Below are positions 11,621 to 21,247 of a stretch of 64,000 nucleotides of DNA, one piece after another; position 1 is the stretch's first letter; each line of letters opens with the position of its first letter. The stretch is from an uncultured delta proteobacterium (lineage in GTDB: Bacteria; Myxococcota_A; Polyangia; Palsa-1104), in NCBI GenBank assembly GCA_963785725.1, contig CAWAWS010000020.1, positions 317,278 through 381,277 on the forward strand, read 5' to 3'. The notes beneath the pieces are model-generated. The model made no database searches. It saw only the letters and a program-made list of their open reading frames with translations, and was not told the origin of the DNA. Both the position numbers and the translations under genes were made by a program.

Positions 11621-11824
11621 CTACCCGACGCGGCGGACGTTCGACGCCTGGAGGCCCTTCTGGCCCTGCGTCACTTCGAATTCGACCTGATCACCCTCGG
11701 CCAACGTGCGGAAGCCTTCGGACTGGATCGCCGTGTGATGGACGAACACATCCGGGCCGTTCTCGCGCGTGATGAAGCCGAAGCCCTTCGCATCATTGAA
11801 CCACTTCACAGTGCCTTTTTCCAA
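11621..11824 (-). CDS. cspA: cold-shock protein (CspA family), TTG start
   Basis: '[15 protein letters not shown]...DVFVHHTAI...GFRTLAEG'. Confidence 0.95.
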   Translation of the reverse strand: MEKGTVKWFNDAKGFGFITRENGPDVFVHHTAIQSEGFRTLAEGDQVEFEVTQGQKGLQASNVRRVG

Positions 11825-12087
11825 AATACACCTTTTTCATTTGCCGGACCGGTCATCGCCACAGGGGACCGGCCCACATTCTACGTGCCCGCGTTGACAA
11901 GGAATTGTCCACGAAACGTGACGACGCAAACAGTCTGCGCCCGGGGGGCACGAATGTCAAGCGTCGTGGTAATCGGCTCATTTCCAAAGATTACCGCGAG
12001 TTGTTTTTGCTTCGGACACGTCACCATGGTCTCGCCGATGTACATGTAAGCGCCGGGCTTTTGACGACAAGTGGAAATATTCGGTGT

Positions 12088-13095
12088 CTACTGTCGCAGA
12101 ACGAGCCGGCCGGTCAGCCCACCTGCGCGCACCCGCCGCTGCCCCTCCTCCGCGCGTTCGAGCGGCAGCTCTTCGGCGATCGGCAGCGTGAGCAGCGTGT
12201 CGCCGAGCCGCGCGAACAGCCGCGCCATGTCCGCCGCCGTGGCGCCGCTCGAGCCGACGACGCGCAAGGCGTTGACGATGACGTAGCCGAGGTTGAGGTC
12301 GACGCGCTCGTCGACGACGTTGCCGATGACGACGACGCGGCCGCCGAGCCGCAAGCTGCGCAGGCTGGCGTTGAACGTCGGCTGGCCGACACATTCGAGG
12401 GCGACGTCGATGCCGCGGACTCGCTTGTGGAAGCTGCCGCCGCCGTCGACGACCACTTCGGCGGCGCCGAGCGCGCGCACGGCGGCCGCGTGGCGCTCGT
12501 CGCGGACGACGGCGACGACTTCGCAGCCGAGCCGCGCGGCCAGCTGCACGCCGGCCGCGCCGACGCCGCCGTTGGCGCCGGTCACGAGGACGCGCTGGCC
12601 GGGCTCGACGTCGCCGAGCCCGCGCCAAACGGTGCCGAAGGTGCAGTGGTAGACGGCCGCCTGCGCCGCCGACAAGCCGTCCGGCAGCGCGAACAGGCCC
12701 GACTCGGGCACCAGCAGCGCATCGGCGTAACCGCCGTCGGCCAGGATGCCGAGCACGAACGCCGCCGACGGACAGAGCGACGTTTCGCCGCGCGCGCAGG
12801 CGGCGCAGTCGCCGCAGCCGTCGCGATGGAGCGTGCCGACGCGATCGCCGACGCGGAAGCGCGTGACCTCGTCACCGACGGCGACGACGCGACCGGCGGC
12901 TTCGTGACCGGGCGTGATCGGCAGCTGCATGAAGGCGAAGCGGCCGGCGCGGTCGATGATGTCGCGCTGACACACGCCGCACGCCTCGACGGCGACGTGC
13001 ACCAGCTTGCCGGTCGGCGCCGGCAGCTCCGGCGCCGCCGACTCGACGTCCAGCTCATGGTCCCAACCGCGATGCAGCAGACGAACGCGACGCAT
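12088..13095 (-). CDS. Zn-dependent medium-chain dehydrogenase/reductase (acryloyl-CoA reductase/AibC-like)
   Basis: 'ACGVC', 'PGHE', structural Zn site CxxCxxC(7)C, 'TGANGGVG'. Confidence 0.85.
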   Translation of the reverse strand: MRRVRLLHRGWDHELDVESAAPELPAPTGKLVHVAVEACGVCQRDIIDRAGRFAFMQLPITPGHEAAGRVVAVGDEVTRFRVGDRVGTLHRDGCGDCAACARGETSLCPSAAFVLGILADGGYADALLVPESGLFALPDGLSAAQAAVYHCTFGTVWRGLGDVEPGQRVLVTGANGGVGAAGVQLAARLGCEVVAVVRDERHAAAVRALGAAEVVVDGGGSFHKRVRGIDVALECVGQPTFNASLRSLRLGGRVVVIGNVVDERVDLNLGYVIVNALRVVGSSGATAADMARLFARLGDTLLTLPIAEELPLERAEEGQRRVRAGGLTGRLVLRQ

Positions 13096-13131
13096 TCCTC
13101 CCAGTAGAACGTGTTTCAGTCGCTACGGCAA

Positions 13132-13275
13132 CTACCAGCGGCCGCGGCAGCCGTAGCCGTGGCAATGGTACGCGCCGTAATACGGGTGACGATAGCCGTC
13201 GTGGACGTAGCAGCCGGACAGCGCCAACGTCGAGAGCGCCAACGTCGCAAACATCAACTTGCGGAGCAGGCTCAT
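13132..13275 (-). CDS. 47-aa lipoprotein, Tyr/His/Gly-rich (below the ORF-track cutoff)
   Basis: GGAGG RBS, then MSLLRKLMFATLALSTLALSGCYVHDGYRHPYYGAYHCHGYGCRGRW*; lipobox LSGC. Confidence 0.75.
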   Translation of the reverse strand: MSLLRKLMFATLALSTLALSGCYVHDGYRHPYYGAYHCHGYGCRGRW

Positions 13276-13376
13276 CGGTTCCTCCTGGCACGAAGTAATA
13301 CAAGTGTCGTGCCGTTACGACGAGTCGGCGGTCGCATCGCTGGACAAGCGAGCCCGTCTCGTGCGAGGAACGCGCG

Positions 13377-14096
13377 ATGAGATCCGTCGTTTTATGCTCA
13401 TTCGCGCTCGTCTTTTCCGCCTGTGGCGCCAACGAAGCCGATCCTTGTGCGCGCGCGGCCGCTTATGTGAACGGCTGCGCGGGCGCCGATACCGTCGCCG
13501 CGGGCACGTGCGATGCCGAAGGCGCCAAGCTGCTGCTGACGCTCGACTGCGCGCAAGTGACGCTGGCCGTGCGGCAGAAAGTCACGCCCGACAGCCTCAC
13601 CAGCACCGTCGACTCCATCGCCTGCGCCGCCGGTATCACGCGCGACTGCCCCGATCCGGCGTGCACGGCGCCCGTCTATCCCGGCCCATCGACGACGTGC
13701 AGCGACTACATCGGCATCGCCGGCTGCGGCGGCTGCCAGTTCTACGCCTGCCGCGAAGCCGAGCACAGCTGCGGCCCGTCCGGCTACTACCTCGGGTTCG
13801 CCGAGAAATACTGCGTCCGCTTTCTGCAGCAGCTGCGCCCGCGCATGTCGCCCGCCGGCCAGCACTTCCTCGACGCCGGCCGCGACTGCTTGATGGACTA
13901 CGTCGACACGCAGGTCCCCGTCGACGAGAGCTGCGACCAGGTGAAGTCGGGCTCGCTCGCGTCGCACGTCGCCTGCTATAAGGACAACGGCTTCTGCCAG
14001 CTGCCGGTCAGCGATCAGTGGCTGCTCTTGAACACGATCGATCCCGCCGATTTTCAGCTGACCGAAGCGCTGGAGACGGGGTTGAGCTGCCTGTAG
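13377..14096 (+). CDS. Cys-rich lipoprotein with stanniocalcin-like C-terminal domain
   Basis: Lipobox FSAC; 'CQFYAC...CGPSGY...KYCVRF...CL...C...SHVACY...GFC'. Confidence 0.7.
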   Translation: MRSVVLCSFALVFSACGANEADPCARAAAYVNGCAGADTVAAGTCDAEGAKLLLTLDCAQVTLAVRQKVTPDSLTSTVDSIACAAGITRDCPDPACTAPVYPGPSTTCSDYIGIAGCGGCQFYACREAEHSCGPSGYYLGFAEKYCVRFLQQLRPRMSPAGQHFLDAGRDCLMDYVDTQVPVDESCDQVKSGSLASHVACYKDNGFCQLPVSDQWLLLNTIDPADFQLTEALETGLSCL

Positions 14097-14152
14097 CCGT
14101 CGTCACCGCCGGCTGAGGGAGAACGCGCGATTGCTGGTCCGAACGCGTCGGA

Positions 14153-15772
14153 CTAGGTGTTGCACTCGCTGGCGACGAAGCGCGCCTTCGACTGCTTGCC
14201 GAGCGTGATCACGCGGACGGCCGGGTCGGGCGTGTCGATGAACGGCACTTCGGGTCGAATGCCGAGCGGCGGCAGGCGCTCCTCGATCAGCTCTTCGTTG
14301 GCGTCGTAATAGTTGGCCTCGACCGAGCGCAGATAGTCGGTGTAGCGATCGAACTCGCCGCGATTGCGCTTCAACGTCGCCCAAATCGCCGCCAGCGAGC
14401 CGCCGAAGCGCAGCGCGTTGTTGACCTTGCCTTGCGCCGCCATTTTTCGCGGGATGTGCCGCGGATGATAGAAGCGATCGAGGCAGTCGAGCACCGCCTG
14501 CTGCAGCGTCGACGGGCGCATGTGCTTCGGAAAGAACGTGACGTAGTTGCCGTTCACGTAATCCCACGACGGCGCCAGCATGCGATGCCGCGGAATGCAG
14601 ACGTTCTCCTGCATCTGCGTCGGAATCAGGCAGTACATGCTGACGTAATCGACGGCGTTCGTCTCCGCCCAGGCCAGCGTCGAGTACAGGTCGTCGACGC
14701 GCTGTCCGTCGGAGCCCATCAAGAACGAGCCGTGCACGCGGATGCCGTGGCGATGATAGGCGGCGACGCAGTCGGCCATCTCCTGCAGCTTGAGCCGCTT
14801 GTTCCACTCCTTTTGCGTCTCGGTGTCGAGCGACTCGAAGCCGACGTAGACGTTGGTGAAGCCGGCGCGACGCAAGAGCGGCAGCATGTCCGTGTCCTGC
14901 GCGTTCTCGACGCGCAGGAAGCAGGTGTAGTTGCCGCCTTCGTGCAAGCCCTCTTGGATCATGCGCGTGAGCAGCTCGATGATGAAGTCGCGCTTGACGA
15001 CGAACAGGTTGTCGATGAACCAGATGCGCGACGAATAGCGGCGGCGATCGCGCAGCTCGTCGAGGACGCGGTCGACGTCGCGCGTGCGATAGCTGCCGTA
15101 TAAGTCGGGCGTGATGCAGAACTTGCAGGCGAACGGGCAGCCGCGCGACGCCTCGATGGTCATGAAGTAATAGCGACGGCGCAGGGCCTGCTCGAGCAGC
15201 GACATCTTGCGATAGCCGCGGATGATCGACATCGACGTCGGCACGCCGAGGCGCTTGGTGAACGCGCGCGGCCCGGTGTGCGCGAGCTTGCCCTCGTGCC
15301 AGTAGCTGACGCCGAGGACGTCGCGAATGTCGGTCCTGCCGTTGAGCGCGGCCAGCAGCTCGACGATGGTGTCCTCGCCTTCGCCGCGCACGATGAAGTC
15401 CACCGCTTCGGCGCCCGCCGACGGAATGACCTTGGCCAAGCCGCCGCCGCCGATCGCGACCAAATTCGGGTTGAGCTTGCGCGCCTTGGCCAAGAGGCGC
15501 TCGTTCTTGTCCAAGTTGCCGGCCACTTGATGGACCAACACGGCGTCGGCGTCGGCCAGGTCGCGCTCGTCGAAGACCGACATGTCCTCGAGCAAAGCCT
15601 CCACCTCGTAGCCTTCCTGCTTGAGCAAAGAGCCGATCAAGACCGTGCCATGCCAGGGCATGATCGCGTTCTTGATGAAGTCGGTGCGCGCCGAGCGCAG
15701 CTCCACCAACTTGATCTTGCGGATGGGACGGCCTTGATACGCGTACCGTGCGTCGAGCGTGGCAGCTTGCAT
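14153..15772 (-). CDS. B12-binding-domain radical SAM protein
   Basis: 'SRGCPFACKFC' CxxxCxxC, 'FIDNLF', 'VGFES', N-terminal B12-like domain. Confidence 0.9.
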   Translation of the reverse strand: MQAATLDARYAYQGRPIRKIKLVELRSARTDFIKNAIMPWHGTVLIGSLLKQEGYEVEALLEDMSVFDERDLADADAVLVHQVAGNLDKNERLLAKARKLNPNLVAIGGGGLAKVIPSAGAEAVDFIVRGEGEDTIVELLAALNGRTDIRDVLGVSYWHEGKLAHTGPRAFTKRLGVPTSMSIIRGYRKMSLLEQALRRRYYFMTIEASRGCPFACKFCITPDLYGSYRTRDVDRVLDELRDRRRYSSRIWFIDNLFVVKRDFIIELLTRMIQEGLHEGGNYTCFLRVENAQDTDMLPLLRRAGFTNVYVGFESLDTETQKEWNKRLKLQEMADCVAAYHRHGIRVHGSFLMGSDGQRVDDLYSTLAWAETNAVDYVSMYCLIPTQMQENVCIPRHRMLAPSWDYVNGNYVTFFPKHMRPSTLQQAVLDCLDRFYHPRHIPRKMAAQGKVNNALRFGGSLAAIWATLKRNRGEFDRYTDYLRSVEANYYDANEELIEERLPPLGIRPEVPFIDTPDPAVRVITLGKQSKARFVASECNT

Positions 15773-15802
15773 CCCCGACCCCCAATTCTGGCCCGTAGCG
15801 TT

Positions 15803-18800
15803 TTAGAACGGCGGCTTGTACCCCACGACAGTCGATAGCTGCTCGAGCAGATGGCTGCGGCGAACCCCGGTTTCTTGCGTGTCCGAGCTGGTGTCCGGCC
15901 CGTCGGGACGCGCGTGCGACGAGATGCCGCGCTCCTTCCAATACGCGCGCGGCGAGATCGGCGCGTCGGCGGTCTGAGGCAGGCGCGGCCAGAAGTCGCA
16001 GCTGGGATAGCCGAGCTGCGCGACCGTGTCGGCTTGCTGGCGGCGAATTTCGGCGGCCGCCTTGTCGTCGCCGATCGCCTCCAACGACTCGGCGTAGCGC
16101 TGCAGGAGCCACGGCCGCGCGGCGACGTTGCCGGCGCGATCGAGCTGCGCCAGCGCGCCGTCGGCCAGCTGGCGCACGCGCAGGCGACGCGGCGCCGGAT
16201 CGTCGAACGAGCTGACCGCCATCGTGTGCGCGAGGCCCATCGCGTTCATCGGGCCGGCGTAGTCGTCGCGCGCGGCGTCGGCCATCTCCAGGCCGCGCGT
16301 GTAGACGGCGCGCGCGTCTTCGAAGCGGCCGCCGACGAACATGACGTCGCCCAAAAAGGCCTGCGCCCACGACGCGAGCATGCCTATTTTGAGGATGCTC
16401 GAGAGGTTGATGGAGTTGGACAGGAGGACGCGGGCGCGATCGATGCGGCCGAGATGGAACTGGTGGCGGCCGGCGAACACGGTGCCGACGTAGACGTAGA
16501 GGCCGCCGATCGCGTGCTCCTCGGCGAACGCCAACAGGCCCGTCGACCAGCGCACGCCTTCGGTGTACTCGCACAAGGCTTCGCACAAGGCCGAGCGATA
16601 GATGTGCGCGCCCAAGATGCGCAGCGGATCTTCCAGCGCGGCGGCGAGCGAGCCGCATGCTTCGGCGGCGATGAGCGCGGTCTCGCGCCGGCCGGTGAAG
16701 CCGAGCGCGACCGACAAGAGGCCGTTGGAGTGCGAGAGCTCGCCGTATTCGCGCGACTCTTTGGCCAGCTCGATGCCGCGCTCCAAGACCTCGATCGACT
16801 GCGTGAACTGACCCGAGATGCACATCGTGCGGCCGAGAATGTTCGCCGGCAGGCATTGGAAGCTCTTCAGCTCGGGATCGTCTTTGGCGACGGCGAGGCA
16901 GCGACGCGAGGATTCACCGGCTTTGACGGCGTTGCCTTGCACGTAATAGAGCCGCGCGTAGGCGCCGGCGAGCGCGACCTGCTGGCGCGGCGAGCCTTCG
17001 CCGACGAGCGACGCGCAGCGATCGAGCTGGGCCAGGATTTCGCTGGTGTCGCCGAGCGAGCCGGCCACCCGCGACAGCTCGAAGGCGGCGCGCGCCAAGA
17101 GATCGTCGCGCTCGACCGTGCGCGACAGCGGCGCGATGACCTCGACGACGCGGTGAAAGGCGTTCGATCCGCCGGCGGGATCGTGCAGATCGTCGGCTTC
17201 GAGGCCGGCCTTGAAGTAGGCCTGCGCCGCCGGCAGCGGACGACCGGCGCGCTCCAAGTGATGGCCGAGCGTTCCCGCCGGCACTTTCCGCTGCGCCAGC
17301 CGATCGGCGATGCGCCCGTGAATGTCGGCCAAGCGACCGGGCGAAACCGTCGACTCCAGGTGCTCGCGCACGGTGTCATGCGCGAACGTGATGCGATCGC
17401 CGTCGGCGCGGCACAAGAGGTGGCGCGCGGCGTCGTCGACGGCGGCGTGCACCGCGGCGGCGGCGTAGAGGCCGAGGCCGATGACGTCCGAGAGGTGAAA
17501 CTGGCGGCCGATGAGCGCGGCCACGCCGAGGACGGCGCGCTCGTCGTGGCGCAGCTGCTCGAGCGTGCGTTCGAGCACCGCCGACACCGACGACGGCGGC
17601 TGGTAGTCGTCGAACGAGCGCTCGCCGCGCTGCAAACGACCGAGCGCGTCGCGGGCCAGAAAGTGCTCCGCCTCCAAGTTGTGCAGCACCTGCGTCATCA
17701 CGAGCGGGTTGCCTGCCGACAAGAGCGGGATCGCTCGCTGCAACATGTGGGTCAGCTCGTCGCCCGAGCCGGTCAGCTGGCGCATCAGCTGCTCGGAGTC
17801 GGCGGCGTCGAGCGGCGCCAGCGCCAGCTGCTCCATCGGAATGTTCGCCAGCGTCGACGTCGGCCGGCTCGTCGTGATGAGGATCGTGCGCGGCGTCGGA
17901 TGCGCCGCGCAGATGCGCGCCAGCACCGCCAGCGTGCCTTCGTCGGCCCAGTGCAGGTCTTCGATGACCGCGAACACCGGCATCAGCTGCGCCACGGCGC
18001 CGAGCAGCGACACGAGCGCGCGCGCCACCCGCTCGGAGCCGACGAGCCGCAGCGCCGACGACACGTTCTCGACGGTGTGCGCCTCGCCGTCGCGGGCGAG
18101 CAGCTCGGCCGTCTCCGGCGCCAGGCCGACGAGCACCGCCGCGTCGGAGATGGGGGCGGCGCGGATGCGCTCGCGCGCCTCGCGGCCGAGCTTGCCCGGC
18201 ATCATCGCCAAGGCCGAGCACAGCTGCGCCAGCGACTCGCGCAGCGGCGAATAGGGCACGAGGTCGCCGAGCTGGCGGCAGCGACCGTACGCGACGAGGC
18301 CGACGCGCGTCGCCGCCGCGCGCGTCAACGCCTCGGCCGCCAGCCGACTCTTGCCGACGCCGGGCTCGCCCACGATCGAGATCGCCGCCGCCTCGCCGCC
18401 GACCACCGCTTCGCAGCGACGGCGCAGCCGCTCGAGCTCGCGCGTGCGGCCGGCGAACGGCGACTGGCTCACGTCGATCACCGTCAGCGGGCTCGACGAC
18501 GCCTCGGCGTGCGGCACGGTCGCGCCCGTCTCGTACAAGGTGTCGTAATAGAGGTCCTTCAAGCGCGCCGACAAGAGCTGCGCCGAGCCGAACCGGAGCG
18601 CCGGATCGCGCTGCAACAGGGCGTCGATGAGCTGCGCCAGACCGGGCGAAATGTCGGGCAGACGCTGGCTAATCGGGATCGGATCCTTGCTCGTCTTCTC
18701 GGCGATGAGCTTCCAGTTGTCGAGCGCCTCGAACGGCAGCTGCGCCGTCAAGATCTCGTAAAACACCGTGCCCAGCGCGTACAAGTCGAGCTTGGCGTTG

Positions 18801-19390
18801 GGCTGCGAGCGACCGGACTCGAACGACTCGGGCGCCATGTACACCGGCGAGCCCGCCCACACCGACTCGGCGCGCGGCGCCACCGACGCCAGCTGCGACA
18901 GGCCGAAGTCGAGCACCTTGATGCGCGGCTCGAACGGATCCGCGATCATGATGTTGCTCGACTTGAGATCGAGGTGAAAGATGTTGCGCTCGTGGCAGTG
19001 CGCCAGCGCTTCGGCGACGCGGCGCACGATGCGAATGGCCTCGATCGGATCGAGCCGACCGCGCCGGCGCAGATGATCTTGCAGCGACTCGCCTTCGACC
19101 AGCTCCATCGCCAAAAAGAGGCGCTGCTCGGGCTGCTGCGTGCCGAAGTCGAAGATGCTCACCAGCGCCGGATGCTGCAACCGCATCAAGGCTTCGATCT
19201 CGTTCTGCTGGCGGACGAGATTCTGCGCCGTCTGTCGCGTCGCCGGATGGTGCGAAATCTTCAGCGCCACCACCTCTTGGCTGTGGTTGTGCGCGCGATA
19301 GACGGCGCCGAAGCCGCCCGCGCCCAACAGCTCGTCGACGACGTAACCACCGACGTCGACGCCGCGTGGCAGCGGAATGAAGTCGCCCAC
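15803..19390 (-). CDS. Ser/Thr protein kinase - AAA16/STAND-like ATPase - TPR protein
   Basis: 'LGAGGFGAVY', 'VALK', 'HLDLKSSN', 'DFG', 'YMAPE'; Walker A GEPGVGKS; Walker B 'IEDLHWAD'; helical C-terminus. Confidence 0.92.
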   Translation of the reverse strand: MGDFIPLPRGVDVGGYVVDELLGAGGFGAVYRAHNHSQEVVALKISHHPATRQTAQNLVRQQNEIEALMRLQHPALVSIFDFGTQQPEQRLFLAMELVEGESLQDHLRRRGRLDPIEAIRIVRRVAEALAHCHERNIFHLDLKSSNIMIADPFEPRIKVLDFGLSQLASVAPRAESVWAGSPVYMAPESFESGRSQPNAKLDLYALGTVFYEILTAQLPFEALDNWKLIAEKTSKDPIPISQRLPDISPGLAQLIDALLQRDPALRFGSAQLLSARLKDLYYDTLYETGATVPHAEASSSPLTVIDVSQSPFAGRTRELERLRRRCEAVVGGEAAAISIVGEPGVGKSRLAAEALTRAAATRVGLVAYGRCRQLGDLVPYSPLRESLAQLCSALAMMPGKLGREARERIRAAPISDAAVLVGLAPETAELLARDGEAHTVENVSSALRLVGSERVARALVSLLGAVAQLMPVFAVIEDLHWADEGTLAVLARICAAHPTPRTILITTSRPTSTLANIPMEQLALAPLDAADSEQLMRQLTGSGDELTHMLQRAIPLLSAGNPLVMTQVLHNLEAEHFLARDALGRLQRGERSFDDYQPPSSVSAVLERTLEQLRHDERAVLGVAALIGRQFHLSDVIGLGLYAAAAVHAAVDDAARHLLCRADGDRITFAHDTVREHLESTVSPGRLADIHGRIADRLAQRKVPAGTLGHHLERAGRPLPAAQAYFKAGLEADDLHDPAGGSNAFHRVVEVIAPLSRTVERDDLLARAAFELSRVAGSLGDTSEILAQLDRCASLVGEGSPRQQVALAGAYARLYYVQGNAVKAGESSRRCLAVAKDDPELKSFQCLPANILGRTMCISGQFTQSIEVLERGIELAKESREYGELSHSNGLLSVALGFTGRRETALIAAEACGSLAAALEDPLRILGAHIYRSALCEALCEYTEGVRWSTGLLAFAEEHAIGGLYVYVGTVFAGRHQFHLGRIDRARVLLSNSINLSSILKIGMLASWAQAFLGDVMFVGGRFEDARAVYTRGLEMADAARDDYAGPMNAMGLAHTMAVSSFDDPAPRRLRVRQLADGALAQLDRAGNVAARPWLLQRYAESLEAIGDDKAAAEIRRQQADTVAQLGYPSCDFWPRLPQTADAPISPRAYWKERGISSHARPDGPDTSSDTQETGVRRSHLLEQLSTVVGYKPPF

Positions 19391-19401
19391 GGCCGGCTCG
19401 T

Positions 19402-20235
19402 TTACCCGCGCACGAGCCCGGGCGTCTGCGGCGGCGCGTCACCGCGTCGATCGGGATGGTCGCGCTCGAGGAAGCGGCGCAAACCCTCTTGCATGTCCGA
19501 CGAGCCGAGGAGGCGATTGAAGCACTCGGCCTCGATGCGCATGGCCTCGGGCATGGGCGCGTTGTAGCCGCGCATGACCGATTCCTTGTCGGTGCGAATG
19601 GCCTCTTGCGGCAACGCGGCGATGAAGCGCCCGAGCTCCAGCGCGCGCTCCAGCGACTTACCGCGCGGCACGATCTCGTTGACGAGCCCGATGCGCTCGG
19701 CCTCGACGGCGCCGATGACGCGGCCGGTGATGATGAGCTCGAGCGCGCGGCCCATGCCGATGATGCGCGGCAGGCGCACGGTGCCGCCGTCGGCGAGGCC
19801 GATGTTCCAGCGCCGGCAGGTGACGCCGAAGCTGGCATGCTCCTCGGCGATGCGCATGTCCGCCCAGCACGCCCACTCGAGCCCGCCGGCGTACGCGACG
19901 CCGTTGATGGCGGCGATGACCGGCTTGTACAGGTCGGTCCAGCGGCTCGGTCCGAGATAGCCGGGACGCTCGCCGCGGTTGTTGGCGGCGATCTCCGACG
20001 GCGTCGACGGCACGAGCTGCGCGACGTGGCGCAAGTCGGCGCCGGAGCAGAAGGCCTTGTCGCCGCTGCCGGTGATGATGGCGACCGACGCGCTGTCGTC
20101 CTCGCGAAAGAGGTTCCAGGCGGCGATCAGCTCGTGATGCGTGCGCGGACCGATGCAGTTGCGCACGTCGGGTCGGTTGATCTGGATGATGCGCACCGCG
20201 CCGTCGCGCTGATAGAGAATCTCTTGGAAGTCCAC
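19402..20235 (-). CDS. enoyl-CoA hydratase/isomerase family protein
   Basis: 'FCSGADL', 'KPVIAAINGVAYAGG', 'GGTVRLPRIIG'; GTG start after GGGAGG. Confidence 0.92.
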   Translation of the reverse strand: MDFQEILYQRDGAVRIIQINRPDVRNCIGPRTHHELIAAWNLFREDDSASVAIITGSGDKAFCSGADLRHVAQLVPSTPSEIAANNRGERPGYLGPSRWTDLYKPVIAAINGVAYAGGLEWACWADMRIAEEHASFGVTCRRWNIGLADGGTVRLPRIIGMGRALELIITGRVIGAVEAERIGLVNEIVPRGKSLERALELGRFIAALPQEAIRTDKESVMRGYNAPMPEAMRIEAECFNRLLGSSDMQEGLRRFLERDHPDRRGDAPPQTPGLVRG

Positions 20236-20308
20236 ACTCACCTCCCGTCGACGGGCGCTCCGCGCAGAACAGCGTATCAACGAAAGAAAGGAAGCGTCAA
20301 GGACGCGG

Positions 20309-21247
20309 TCACGCGAGCTTGCAGCAGTCGTGACACCAGATGTTGCGGCCTTTGCGCCGCCACTCGGCGGCGCCGTAGTGAAATGACGCGCGTGCGACGG
20401 CGGGCAGCACGCGGTGCACGTGTGCGACGTCGTCGGCATGGGACGCACGCCCGAGCGCCTGCGACGCCGGCACGGCGACGACGGCATCGAGCGGCGGATT
20501 GACGAAGACGGGAATCGACAGGCGGCTGCGATCGCGCGCAAGGTTGGTCACGCGATGCGGCGTCGCGCGCAATGCGCCGCCGCTTTGGGCTTCGGCCAGC
20601 TCGCCCAGGTTGACGATGAGCGTCGCCGGCGCGGGATCGACCGCGCGCCAAACACCGTCGCGCGTCTGCAGCTCGAGGCCGCCGACGTCATCCTGTGCCA
20701 AGAGCGTCACCAAGCTGTAATCGACATGCGCCGCCACGCCCGAACGCAGCTCGTGCGCGCGTGGCTGCGGATGGTAGTGGATGAGCTTCGTGACCAAGTA
20801 GGCGTCGCCCGTCGGCAGGGGCAGCGACAACGACGCCAACAGACGACGACCGAGCGCCGCCAGCTCGTCCTGATGCGCCAGCAGCGTCGCCGCGAAGTCG
20901 GCACCGAGCGGCGGCGGCCATTGGTTGGGGCCGGCGAGCCGAGCCCACTCGGGCGCGTCCTCGTCGGCCCGCGCCGGCCGCTCGCTGCCGAGGTGCAGCT
21001 GCTCGCGCCAGTCGCGCGCGTTGTGCAGCTCGGAGTAGCCGCGAAAGTGCGGCGAGCGCGCGATGTCGAGCGCGCGTTTGTCCGCGGCCGGCAGCGCGAA
21101 GAACGCGCGCGCGTGCGCCATCGTCGCGCGCAGGCGCGCGCCGGCAGCGTCGTCGAGCTGCAGCGTAAAGGCGCCGACGTCGCTGCACGCCGCCCGCAGC
21201 GCCGCCCGATCGCCGTCGAGCGTGGCGGTACAAAAGCGCGGGATCAT
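20309..21247 (-). CDS. 2OG-Fe(II) oxygenase, isopenicillin N synthase family
   Basis: 'FRGYS', 'GPNQWP', HxD 'HVDYS', 'TPHRV', 'RLSIP'. Confidence 0.9.
   Translation of the reverse strand: MIPRFCTATLDGDRAALRAACSDVGAFTLQLDDAAGARLRATMAHARAFFALPAADKRALDIARSPHFRGYSELHNARDWREQLHLGSERPARADEDAPEWARLAGPNQWPPPLGADFAATLLAHQDELAALGRRLLASLSLPLPTGDAYLVTKLIHYHPQPRAHELRSGVAAHVDYSLVTLLAQDDVGGLELQTRDGVWRAVDPAPATLIVNLGELAEAQSGGALRATPHRVTNLARDRSRLSIPVFVNPPLDAVVAVPASQALGRASHADDVAHVHRVLPAVARASFHYGAAEWRRKGRNIWCHDCCKLA

Noticed and set aside
15851..19567. Long antisense ORFs (also 2784-5129, 14103-16856, 46503-49541 and the 5' part of 51222-55292)
   Set aside because: Shadow frames of real high-GC genes; Arg/Ala-rich with no motifs.
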